Assembly (NCBI GenBank): GCA_039588275.1
Contig: JBDHAC010000025.1
Coordinates: 1-48,761, forward strand
Length of the DNA stretch: 48,761 bases
Direction of reading: 5' to 3'
Source: Gemmatimonadota bacterium
Lineage (GTDB): Bacteria > Gemmatimonadota > Gemmatimonadetes > Palauibacterales > Palauibacteraceae
The translations under genes were made by a program, and so were the position numbers. This document shows positions 10,159-18,565 of the stretch, piece after piece. Each line of letters opens with the position of its first letter. Within the stretch, counting starts at the first letter, position 1. The notes beneath the pieces are model-generated. The model searched no databases. It saw nothing but the letters and a program-made list of their open reading frames with translations, and was not told the DNA's origin.

Positions 10159-10531
10159 TCCGATCGAAGCGGAGTTGTTGGACGAGAATCTGCCGCCAGA
10201 GACCCTGTTGGCGTTCCTTCCCCTCCACAAGCGCGCCATGGGGGTCGCGTGCGGAATGGTCGGCGGGTTACTGGTGTTCGCAATGACGGTTTTCGCCCTG
10301 ACGGTGCTCGATGGGGACGACACGGGAATCCGGCTGATAGGCGAGTACTTCTACGGCTACGAAGTCAGCTGGAGGGGGGCATTCATTGGGCTGTTCTGGG
10401 GATTCGTCACATGCTTCGTGTTCGGATGGTTCGCGGCGTTCATGCGGAACCTGGGCATGGCAGCCGCCGTGTTCATCGCCCGGACCCGTGAGGAGCTCCG
10501 ACAGACGCGCGACTTTCTAGATCATATTTGA
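10148..10531 (+). CDS. Small membrane protein (paralogue A)
   Basis: 127 aa, hydrophobic segments, motif LIGEYFYGYEVSWRGAFIGLFWGF; overlaps GT2 stop. Confidence 0.8.
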   Translation: MVNDPIEAELLDENLPPETLLAFLPLHKRAMGVACGMVGGLLVFAMTVFALTVLDGDDTGIRLIGEYFYGYEVSWRGAFIGLFWGFVTCFVFGWFAAFMRNLGMAAAVFIARTREELRQTRDFLDHI

Positions 10532-10566
10532 CGGGCGATTCGCACTCCGTCGAACGGAGGAATTAC

Positions 10567-10857
10567 GTGGACGAGGGTGAAGAAAGACAGATCGAGGCGG
10601 CGATACGCCGCCTGAACGAGCGCGCGTGGGGGATTTCTCTCGGGCTCTTGCTCGGAGGCGGTCTGCTACTGGCCACGCTCATCCTGGTGCTGAAGGGTGG
10701 GCCTAACGTGGGCGCGCACCTGAATCTCCTCGGTAACTACTTTCCGGGATACCGGGTGACCGTGTTGGGCGGCTTCGTGGGATTCGTCTACGGCTTCGTC
10801 CTCGGATACGGACTCGGGCGCGTCGTGGGTGCCGTGTACAACCGCATGGTGAGGTAG
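10567..10857 (+). CDS. Small membrane protein (paralogue B)
   Basis: GGAGG RBS 6 nt before GTG10567 (alternative TTG10528); motif LLGNYFPGYRVTVLGGFVGFVYGF aligns with upstream gene. Confidence 0.8.
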   Translation: MDEGEERQIEAAIRRLNERAWGISLGLLLGGGLLLATLILVLKGGPNVGAHLNLLGNYFPGYRVTVLGGFVGFVYGFVLGYGLGRVVGAVYNRMVR

Positions 10858-10919
10858 CAGGGAGGACGGCCCGTCCGCCGGTCCCGCGACCGGGTGGACC
10901 GAATCGGGTGAGGTGGCGG

Positions 10920-11357
10920 ATGGAACGTGCGGCGATCGCCGACCTGCGCACCGAGTGCGAGCGCATGTGCCGCTATCTGAGCGGCAGCGCGCCGCGCTCC
11001 TACGTGATCGATCAGTATGTGCAGGGCCACGCCGCACGCCCCGATTGGTTCGCGACCAGGTCCGGTCTCGACCGCACCCTGGAGGTCGCGGCGCGCGGTC
11101 TTCCGCTGCGTGTGATCGATACCTGCAGCCGGTTCGTCGCGCCCGGCTCGGTCGTGCGGCGAAAGCTGGTGTTCCTGCTGGCGATCCTCGAGAACTCGCC
11201 ACCGACCTGCGATGGGTTCGAAGCCCCCGACGTCTCCAGCCCGCTCGAGTTCTACCTCCGAATGATCCCGAGGGGCATCCTCCTGGTGGGAGCGCTCCTG
11301 ATCGGGATTCTGGTTCTCACACCCTTCCATCTCCTCAGACGCCTCACAGGCGCGTGA
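10920..11357 (+). CDS. Hypothetical protein with C-terminal TM helix, upstream of GMC oxidoreductase
   Basis: RBS GAGGT; protein-like sequence (VRRKLVFLLAILENSP); hydrophobic C-terminus; fills operon gap. Confidence 0.7.
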   Translation: MERAAIADLRTECERMCRYLSGSAPRSYVIDQYVQGHAARPDWFATRSGLDRTLEVAARGLPLRVIDTCSRFVAPGSVVRRKLVFLLAILENSPPTCDGFEAPDVSSPLEFYLRMIPRGILLVGALLIGILVLTPFHLLRRLTGA

Positions 11358-11385
11358 GTACCAGGTGCGCCGAAGGGGTGGATCG

Positions 11386-12996
11386 ATGAAGCGGATTACG
11401 GTCGTGGGCTCGGGTGCGAGCGGTGCTCACTTCGCTCTGTCCCTGCTCCGAAAAGGCCACGCGGTGCAGTTGGTGGACGCAGGATACACGGGCCCCGCTC
11501 CGATCGCGCCGGATCGTCGAATCCCGGATTTGAAGCGCGAGCTGGCGGATCCCGTCGAATACTTCCTCGGCTCGGATCTGAGCGGGCTCACGCTCCCGGG
11601 CGAGGAGGGCGAGTACTACGGTTTCCCCCCACAAAAGCAGTACGTGTTTCGCTACCCGGAGGGTGTCGCTACGCGGACCCGCGGCTTCGAGCCACTCTCC
11701 TCGTTCGCCGAGGGAGGGTTGGCACAGGCTTGGACCGCGGGAGTCTTTCCGTTCAACGAGGACGATCTGACCGACTTTCCGCTCCCGTACGAGGAGCTGG
11801 CGCCGTACTACGGTGAGGTGGCCGAGCGGATCGGGGTTTCAGGGGCGGTCGACGACATCGAGCGCTTCATGCCGGTGCACGAGAACATGATGGAACCGCT
11901 CGAGTTGGATGACCATTCGCGCCTGCTCCTGGATCGCTACGAAGCGAACCGGGACACCCTGACCACCCGTTACGGTTGTTATCTGGGTCGAGCGCGGGTC
12001 GCGACCTTGAGTCGCCCCCTCGGCGACCGCGACGCGTGTGACTACCTGGGACGTTGCATGTGGGGCTGCCCAGCCGGCGCGCTGTACACGCCCAGCTTCA
12101 CGTTGCGGGAGTGCGAACGCTACGACGGTTTCGAGTATCTGCCGAATCGGTACGTACAGGCGTTCGAGTTTGATGAGGCTCGTCGCGTGCGTGCGCTCAT
12201 CGTGAGACCGCCGGAAGGGGGGGCGGCCGTGCCGCTGCCGGTCGAAACCCTCGCGCTCGCGGCGGGCACGCTGTCCAGCGCCAGGATCTACCTGGAATCC
12301 GTGTGGCAACAGGACGGCATACGTCTGGAGCTGGATGGGCTGATGGACAATCGCCAGGTTCTCGTTCCGTTCGTCCACGTCGGTAGAATCGGTGTGCCCT
12401 ACGAGCCTCGATCGTACCAGTATCATCAGCTGCTGCTGGGGCTGGAGATGGGCCGGCCGCGAGAGTATGTACATGGACAGATCACCACGCTCACGACGGC
12501 GGGTGCCCACCCCATACTGCAGAGCATGCCGGTCGATCTGCGGACGGCCACCTTCGTATTCCGGAACGTGAGGGCCGCGCTGGGGCTCGTGAATCTCAAC
12601 TTCCACGACCACCGACGCCCGGACTGTCGCGTCGGTCTTTCGATTGCGGGCCAAGGATCCGATCCGGTGCTCGATATTCGGTACGAGCCCGAGCCCACGG
12701 AGAGCCAGCGTCTGAAGAGCGCGGTCAAGCGCTTGCGTCGAGTGCTCAGGCGCCTGGGGTGTGTTGTCGCACCGGGGGCGGTGCACACGCGACCCATGGG
12801 AGCGAGCGTGCACTACGCGGGCACGCTGCCCATGTCGAAGACACCGAAGCCGCGGACCGTATCGCCTCTGTGCCGGAGCCACGACTTCGAGAACCTGTAC
12901 ATCGTGGACGGTAGCACCTTCCCCTTTCTACCGGCCAAGAACATCACGTTCACGCTGATGGCCAACGCCGTCCGGGTAGCTGATCGTGCGTTCTGA
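11386..12996 (+). CDS. GMC-family FAD-dependent oxidoreductase
   Basis: ITVVGSGASGA, GGLAQAW, CDYLGRCMWGCP Cys motif, LAAGTLSS, VHYAGT, NLYIVDGS, KNITFTLMANAVR. Confidence 0.88.
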   Translation: MKRITVVGSGASGAHFALSLLRKGHAVQLVDAGYTGPAPIAPDRRIPDLKRELADPVEYFLGSDLSGLTLPGEEGEYYGFPPQKQYVFRYPEGVATRTRGFEPLSSFAEGGLAQAWTAGVFPFNEDDLTDFPLPYEELAPYYGEVAERIGVSGAVDDIERFMPVHENMMEPLELDDHSRLLLDRYEANRDTLTTRYGCYLGRARVATLSRPLGDRDACDYLGRCMWGCPAGALYTPSFTLRECERYDGFEYLPNRYVQAFEFDEARRVRALIVRPPEGGAAVPLPVETLALAAGTLSSARIYLESVWQQDGIRLELDGLMDNRQVLVPFVHVGRIGVPYEPRSYQYHQLLLGLEMGRPREYVHGQITTLTTAGAHPILQSMPVDLRTATFVFRNVRAALGLVNLNFHDHRRPDCRVGLSIAGQGSDPVLDIRYEPEPTESQRLKSAVKRLRRVLRRLGCVVAPGAVHTRPMGASVHYAGTLPMSKTPKPRTVSPLCRSHDFENLYIVDGSTFPFLPAKNITFTLMANAVRVADRAF

Positions 12997-13224
12997 CGAC
13001 GCCTGTGGCCCTCACGGCGGCCCCGAGCGCCCGCGTGTAAGGTTCGAAGCACTCGCGTGAAACGGAGGTGTGGCACCCGCGCCACAGTCCGCCGGGGGTG
13101 TGGTTTCCCGGTATTCGGCGTGGCGAAGAGTGGAAGGGCCTCAGCCCGAGAGGCTTCGTCAGTCCGAGGGTCATGGAAAGGCCTTTGGCGCGGTGCGCGC
13201 TTCAACGCTTCGCTTCGGGTCCGA

Positions 13225-13240
13225 AGGCCCCCATCTTGCA
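13225..13240 (+). promoter_or_regulatory. Putative sigma54-like promoter of small peptide gene
   Basis: AGGCCCCCATCTTGCA = GG-N10-GC with TTGCA, 46 bp upstream of ATG13286. Confidence 0.4.
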
Positions 13241-13285
13241 ACAGCGACCCTGGGCTCATTCAGGACCCTTGCGGCAGGACAGGCT

Positions 13286-13441
13286 ATGTACATTGGTCCC
13301 GAGACACTCATGCCGCTCGCTTCCGCGATAGCGGCGATCGCGGGCGTCATGATGCTCTTCTGGCGTAAGACCGTCGGGATGGCACGCGCGAGCGCCCAGT
13401 TCGTCTCGCGCGCATTCTCCAGGTTGGTCGGTCGGTCGTAG
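13286..13441 (+). CDS. 51-aa single-TM small protein (YIGP/YIDP-type)
   Basis: MYIGPETLMPLASAIAAIAGVMMLFWRKTVGMARASAQFVSRAFSRLVGRS*; purine-rich CAGGACAGG upstream; hidden as the C-terminal part of track ORF 13070-13441. Confidence 0.75.
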   Translation: MYIGPETLMPLASAIAAIAGVMMLFWRKTVGMARASAQFVSRAFSRLVGRS

Positions 13442-13710
13442 ATCGAACCGCCTGGAAGCGGGATTCCCAAATCCTGCTCTATGCGGCACGGCCTGAGGGG
13501 TCCCAGGGCGTGCGCCACGGCCGCGGGGTGATTGCCGGCGGCCTTTTCTATGTTACTCTTCCATGTCGCGGGTCGAGGAGGTGGGTTGGGTGGTTCGAAC
13601 AGGATCCTGGTTCTCAGGCTCGCGCCTGCCGTCGCCCTGGCCTCAGGAGCCACGCTCCGGCGTGAGCCCGCTGCACTGATGGTACTTCGACCCGTCCGCA
13701 CTCCGTCCCC

Positions 13711-15537
13711 ATGTCGGTATCATCGCCGGCGATGAAGAACGCGGACCCCGGACCTGCCCGGACGGACCCCCCCGCCCGAGTCAGTGCGAGCTTCGTACTC
13801 CTTCTCGGCGTGTTTCTGGGTACGCTCACCGGGTTCGCGGAGGTCGGTCTCCTCTTCGCCTTGAGCCAGCTGGGGGATCGCATGGTCTTCCTCGGTCGAC
13901 ACGCCGCGTGGATGCGACCCGCGGTCGAGGGCGCGGTGTTTGTCATCGCAGGGCTTCTGCTCCTGGCTTTCCTCGGCGCCCGCCGATGGTCTGCGAGGCT
14001 CGATGTGACGCTGGGTATCTACCTCCTGCTGGCCACGGTCGCGGGGCTTCAGCTCGTCCCTCAGCTCCATCCGTTGGCGAGAATCGTGCTTGCCGCTGGC
14101 GCGTCGCTTCAGCTTGCCCGCTGGTTGTCCCCGCACCTTGTGGGTCGGGACCGTCTGGTGAAGCGCGCCGGCGCCGCGGCGATCTCCTGCGTGGTCGTAC
14201 TCGCAGCGACGTGGACTCTCGGCCCCCGCACGCTTGAGCGCCGTTCGTTGGCCGCGCTCGGCCCGGCGCCGGCTGGAGCACCCAACGTCCTTCTCGTGAT
14301 CCTGGATACCGTTCGAGCGAGCAGCTTGAGCGTCTACGGTCACGAACGACCGACCACGCCCTTTCTGGAGACTCTGGCTCGGGAGGCTCTCCGTTTCGAG
14401 CGCGCTATCTCGCCGGCTCCGTGGACGCTTCCGTCGCACGCCTCGATGTTCACGGGGCGGTCGACCCACGAACTCTCGGCAGACTGGCGTCGAACCCTGG
14501 ACGCCGAGTATCCGACGCTCGCGGAATATCTTCGGGAGAACGGGTATGCAACCGCCGGATTCGTCGCGAACCTGGGCTACTGCGGGTGGGAATCCGGCCT
14601 CGGCCGCGGGTTCATCCGGTACGAAGACAACCCCGTTTCGTTTCGCCAGGCGATCACGGAATCCTCACTACTCAACACCGTCGTCGACCATCGCTGGTTC
14701 AAGACGCTGGTGGGCCGGGACGAGAACTTCATGAGGAAGAGCGGGGATGAAGTGAACCGAGCCTTTCTCGACTGGCTGCGTGGACAGCCCGAGAACCGGC
14801 CCTTCATGGCCTTCCTCAACTACTACGATGCGCACGACCCGTATCAACCCCCGGAGCCGTTTCGGTCTCGCCTGGCCACGGGAGCCTCACGCGGTCGGAT
14901 GAGCCCCCTCCACCGCTGGAACGACGACCCGTTCAATCCGCTCCCGGCCGATTCGATCATTCGGCAAGAACGAGAAGCGTACGAGGGGGCGATCGCCTAT
15001 CTGGATCAGAAACTGGCCGAGCTCGTGGGTGAGCTGGAGCACCTCGGGCGCCTCGACGAGACGATCGTGATCATTACCTCCGACCATGGCGAGGAATTCG
15101 GTGAGCACGGCGTTTACGATCACGGCAACAGCCTCTATATCGAGGGCATTCACGTGCCGCTGTTGATCCGATACCCGCCTCGCGTCGACGGAGGGAGAGT
15201 GCGCGTCGAACCGGTGTCCCTGACTCGGTTGCCGGCCACCGTGCTGGATCTGGTCGGGTTCGAATCGGCGGGGCCGTTCCCCGGCGGTTCGCTGATGGAG
15301 TCGGAGAGCGAGGCGGTGCGTTCGGATGTCTCCTACAGCCCGGGGCTTCCAGACTGGTTCCCGGTGTCGCGCGGCGACATGCGATCCGCCATCCGGGGTC
15401 CGCTGCACTATATCCTGAACGGTGACGGTACCGAGGAGCTGTTCGAGCTCTCCACGGATCCGGCCGAACGGTGGGACTTGTCTGAACGGACGGAGTACGG
15501 TGCCGCGTTACTGCGCTTGCGGGAAGACGTTCGATGA
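13711..15537 (+). CDS. Membrane-anchored sulfatase-like hydrolase/transferase (alkaline phosphatase superfamily)
   Basis: About 5 N-terminal TM helices, then PNVLLVILDTVR, PWTLPSHASMFTG, NYYDAHDPY, TSDHGEEFGEHG, HVPLLIR, EELFEL..DP.E. Start 13711 or 13732. Confidence 0.88.
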   Translation: MSVSSPAMKNADPGPARTDPPARVSASFVLLLGVFLGTLTGFAEVGLLFALSQLGDRMVFLGRHAAWMRPAVEGAVFVIAGLLLLAFLGARRWSARLDVTLGIYLLLATVAGLQLVPQLHPLARIVLAAGASLQLARWLSPHLVGRDRLVKRAGAAAISCVVVLAATWTLGPRTLERRSLAALGPAPAGAPNVLLVILDTVRASSLSVYGHERPTTPFLETLAREALRFERAISPAPWTLPSHASMFTGRSTHELSADWRRTLDAEYPTLAEYLRENGYATAGFVANLGYCGWESGLGRGFIRYEDNPVSFRQAITESSLLNTVVDHRWFKTLVGRDENFMRKSGDEVNRAFLDWLRGQPENRPFMAFLNYYDAHDPYQPPEPFRSRLATGASRGRMSPLHRWNDDPFNPLPADSIIRQEREAYEGAIAYLDQKLAELVGELEHLGRLDETIVIITSDHGEEFGEHGVYDHGNSLYIEGIHVPLLIRYPPRVDGGRVRVEPVSLTRLPATVLDLVGFESAGPFPGGSLMESESEAVRSDVSYSPGLPDWFPVSRGDMRSAIRGPLHYILNGDGTEELFELSTDPAERWDLSERTEYGAALLRLREDVR

Positions 15538-17075
15538 AGGTGGCGAACGGATCGATTGTGGGACGCAAGGACACTTGGCGAAGTCGAACCTCCGTGCGTC
15601 TGTTTCTCACCTGCTGGATCGTGTACGGCATGCACTTCGCGACGGACGTCATCCGCGAGCACTATCCCGCCGTCGCGCTCGGAGACGACCTGACGTTCCG
15701 CCTCGATGAGTACCACGGGCTGCACCCCGACCTATTCGAAAAGGAAGGATACGGGTGGCACATCGGGAACAACCCCGGGATCTCGCTGTTCGCGGCGATT
15801 CCTTATGCCCTGAGCCGGCCCGTCATCGACCCTATCGTAGACGCTGTCCGCGCGCGCCGGGACGCATCCGGGCAGGTCGAGCCTCCCGTCTATGACACGC
15901 CGTGGCCGAACGACCGCCGCTTCTTCGCGGAGACCTGGCGTCGCGGCCTCGACGTCAAGCTGGGGCTCGCGGCCTTCGTCACGCATTTCTTCTTCATGGC
16001 CCCCGTGTGCGCGGCGGGCGTGGTCCTCCTCTTTCTGCTACTGCGTCGAATTCCCGGGCTGGAAGCCCGGGCGGTGTGGCTGGCGCTCCTGTACGCGTTC
16101 GGAACGCCCCTCTTCTATCGAGCCGGCTTCCTCAATCACAACATGGTCCTGGGTCTGATTGCCTTCGCGGCATTTGTCGGCGTGTGGGATCCCGGCGAGC
16201 AGCTGCGCTGGAGCGAACGCACGTCGTTCCTCGTTCTCGGGCTCGCGGGCGGCCTGACGCTACTATTCGATTACAGCGGCGCCGTGTTGGTCCTGGGACT
16301 CTTCGCCTATGGGCTGGCCCGACACCCCGAGAACCGGATGCGGCCGATGTCGTTGATCCGGAGAGGACTCTGGTATACGGCGGGCGCCCTGCCGGGGCTG
16401 TCGCTCTTGTGGTTCTATCAATGGCGGAGCTTCGGGAACCCGTTCCTGCCGGGCCAGCACTGGATGCCACCCGTCAGGTGGATCGAGCTGGGCTACCAGG
16501 GCTACGGCTTCCCTCAGCCGGCGCTCTTCGCTGCGCTCGGGTTCGACTACCGTTTCGGGCTGTTCGCTTTCTGTCCGCTACTTCTGCTCGCGTTTGCGGC
16601 CCCCTTTCTCCGCGGGGACCGCGGAGGCCGCGTTCCCCGTCTCGAGGCCTGGTTCCTGATCCTGATTCCGCTGTCTCTGTGGGTGTTCTTTGCAGGCAGC
16701 AACTACAGCTGGCTTCAGTACAACACGGGCGTTCGGTACTTGGCACCGACCGTTCCGTTTCTGTTCGTGGCATCGGCCGCGACGCTATCCCGAATGCCGC
16801 TTCGGCTTCAAGTGGTCATCGGCTCGGCCTCGGTGGCCTTGATGTGGTGTCTCTCCATGTATCGCGATGTAGAGCTCGGTGTGCTCGACCCGGTGCTTCG
16901 CACGCTCGTGGGCGGATTCTCGCTGCCAGCCCTGCGCACGCTCGAGCGGACGGGCTCCGCGTACTTGGAATTCGCGGCTGACGGCGTGTCGCCGCTTCCC
17001 CTGATGGTGGCCGCAGCGATCGTCGTCGCTATCATCTGGCTCCCGCTGGATCGAAGGGAGCGTGTTTCTTCCTGA
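15534..17075 (+). CDS. Polytopic membrane protein, probable GT-C fold glycosyltransferase
   Basis: N-terminal TM, large loop with acidic residues, ALLYAFGTPLFY, YQWRSFGNPF, GVRYLAPTVPF; 10+ TM segments. Confidence 0.65.
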   Translation: MKVANGSIVGRKDTWRSRTSVRLFLTCWIVYGMHFATDVIREHYPAVALGDDLTFRLDEYHGLHPDLFEKEGYGWHIGNNPGISLFAAIPYALSRPVIDPIVDAVRARRDASGQVEPPVYDTPWPNDRRFFAETWRRGLDVKLGLAAFVTHFFFMAPVCAAGVVLLFLLLRRIPGLEARAVWLALLYAFGTPLFYRAGFLNHNMVLGLIAFAAFVGVWDPGEQLRWSERTSFLVLGLAGGLTLLFDYSGAVLVLGLFAYGLARHPENRMRPMSLIRRGLWYTAGALPGLSLLWFYQWRSFGNPFLPGQHWMPPVRWIELGYQGYGFPQPALFAALGFDYRFGLFAFCPLLLLAFAAPFLRGDRGGRVPRLEAWFLILIPLSLWVFFAGSNYSWLQYNTGVRYLAPTVPFLFVASAATLSRMPLRLQVVIGSASVALMWCLSMYRDVELGVLDPVLRTLVGGFSLPALRTLERTGSAYLEFAADGVSPLPLMVAAAIVVAIIWLPLDRRERVSS

Positions 17076-18565
17076 TGACCCGCGAGCCCGTCGAGTCCGA
17101 GCTCTCGGTCTGGCCGACTGCGGCGTCGCTCACGCTGCTGGCGCTGCTTCTTCGGCTCCCCGGGCTTGGAGCCGGTCTGTGGTACGACGAATACGTGACG
17201 CTGGTCGAGGCCGTGAGAGCGCCCCTCGGTCAGATTCTGACGACCTTCCCGTGGAACAACGACCACAAGCTCTATTCCGTCCTCGCGCATCTATCGGTCA
17301 GTGCCTTCGGTGAGTCCGCCTGGAGCCTCCGACTGCCCGCGATGATCTTCGGCGTCCTGTCCGTTCCGCTGCTGTTCCTGCTCGCCCGAGAGGTTCTGGG
17401 CCCCCGCGGACCTGCCGCTTCCGCCGCTCTCCTGCTCGCCGTGTTCTGGCATCACGTGTCGTACTCGCAGAACGCTCGTGGCTACAGCGGCCTCCTGTTC
17501 TGGGTGCTGGCGGCCACATGGTTGCTGCTTCGCGTGGCGAGAGAGCGTCGGGTGGCGCTCGCTGTGTCGTACGGAGTCGTGTGTGCGCTCGGAGCCTATA
17601 CGCACCTGACGATGATCCCCATCGTGATTGGACACGCCGCCGTGGGGCTGGTGTGGGTCTGGGCCCGCGCGGGCGAGCGCGCGGAGCGGTTCCGCCTCGG
17701 CGCCATCGGCATGGGGGCCGCCGCAATCCTGACTGCCGTGGCGTACGCTCCGCTCGTATCCGATATCAGCGCTTTCTTCTTGCACCCCACGCAAGCGGAA
17801 GCGGGGTCCACCGACGTCGCGACGCCGGTCTGGATGATTGTCGAGACGCTCCGCTCGCTTACAGGCGGAGGCGCCGCGCTTCTGGTCGCGCTCCCGGTTC
17901 TCGCTCTGGCTGCGTGGGTCGGCTGCCTCGGCCTGGGGAGCATCGCCCGTCGACCGTCAGGTTGGTTCGCGCTCGGGTTGTTCGTCGCTCCAGCCCTCAC
18001 GGTCGCCGCGTTCGCGATGGTGCTGGGCCGTCCCGTCTACCCGCGTTTCTTCCTTTTTCTGACGGGGTTCGCCCTCATCGGGCTGGTCGCGGGCATCAGG
18101 CGTCTGACGGATGGTCGCATGGGGAAGAAGCTAGCGCGCGGAATCGGGACGTCTCCTCGCCGGATGGCGATGGTGGTCATGGTGCTCCTGGCGCTGGGTG
18201 TGGGCGCGCAGCTCCGGACCATCTATGCCTTGCCGAAGCAGGACTTCGAGTCGGCGGTAGCGTACCTGGACACTCGAGCGACCGAAGGAACCATCCTGAC
18301 GGTCGGGCTCGCCGCGTTTCCGATCGCCCGGTATTTCGGTCGAGATTGGGCCGAGATCATCCGGATCGAGGACTTCGACTCCACGGTGGAGCAGGGGGAC
18401 ACGTGGGTGGTCTACTCGTTCCCGAGCTACGTCGAAGCCGTCTATCCGGGGTTCGTCGCGAGACTCTCCAGAGACTGTCAGATCGAACGTGAGTTTCCAG
18501 GCAGCGTTCGAGGAGGTGCCCTCGTCGTGGTCGCCTGTCTTGCTGACGCCCGGGACGCGGCATGA
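17075..18565 (+). CDS. GT-C glycosyltransferase (PMT_2/ArnT/GT39-like)
   Basis: LLLRLPGL..GLWYDE, NNDHKLYS, ESAWSLRLPAMIFG, YSQNARGYS, YTHL, YPRFFL. Confidence 0.85.
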   Translation: MTREPVESELSVWPTAASLTLLALLLRLPGLGAGLWYDEYVTLVEAVRAPLGQILTTFPWNNDHKLYSVLAHLSVSAFGESAWSLRLPAMIFGVLSVPLLFLLAREVLGPRGPAASAALLLAVFWHHVSYSQNARGYSGLLFWVLAATWLLLRVARERRVALAVSYGVVCALGAYTHLTMIPIVIGHAAVGLVWVWARAGERAERFRLGAIGMGAAAILTAVAYAPLVSDISAFFLHPTQAEAGSTDVATPVWMIVETLRSLTGGGAALLVALPVLALAAWVGCLGLGSIARRPSGWFALGLFVAPALTVAAFAMVLGRPVYPRFFLFLTGFALIGLVAGIRRLTDGRMGKKLARGIGTSPRRMAMVVMVLLALGVGAQLRTIYALPKQDFESAVAYLDTRATEGTILTVGLAAFPIARYFGRDWAEIIRIEDFDSTVEQGDTWVVYSFPSYVEAVYPGFVARLSRDCQIEREFPGSVRGGALVVVACLADARDAA

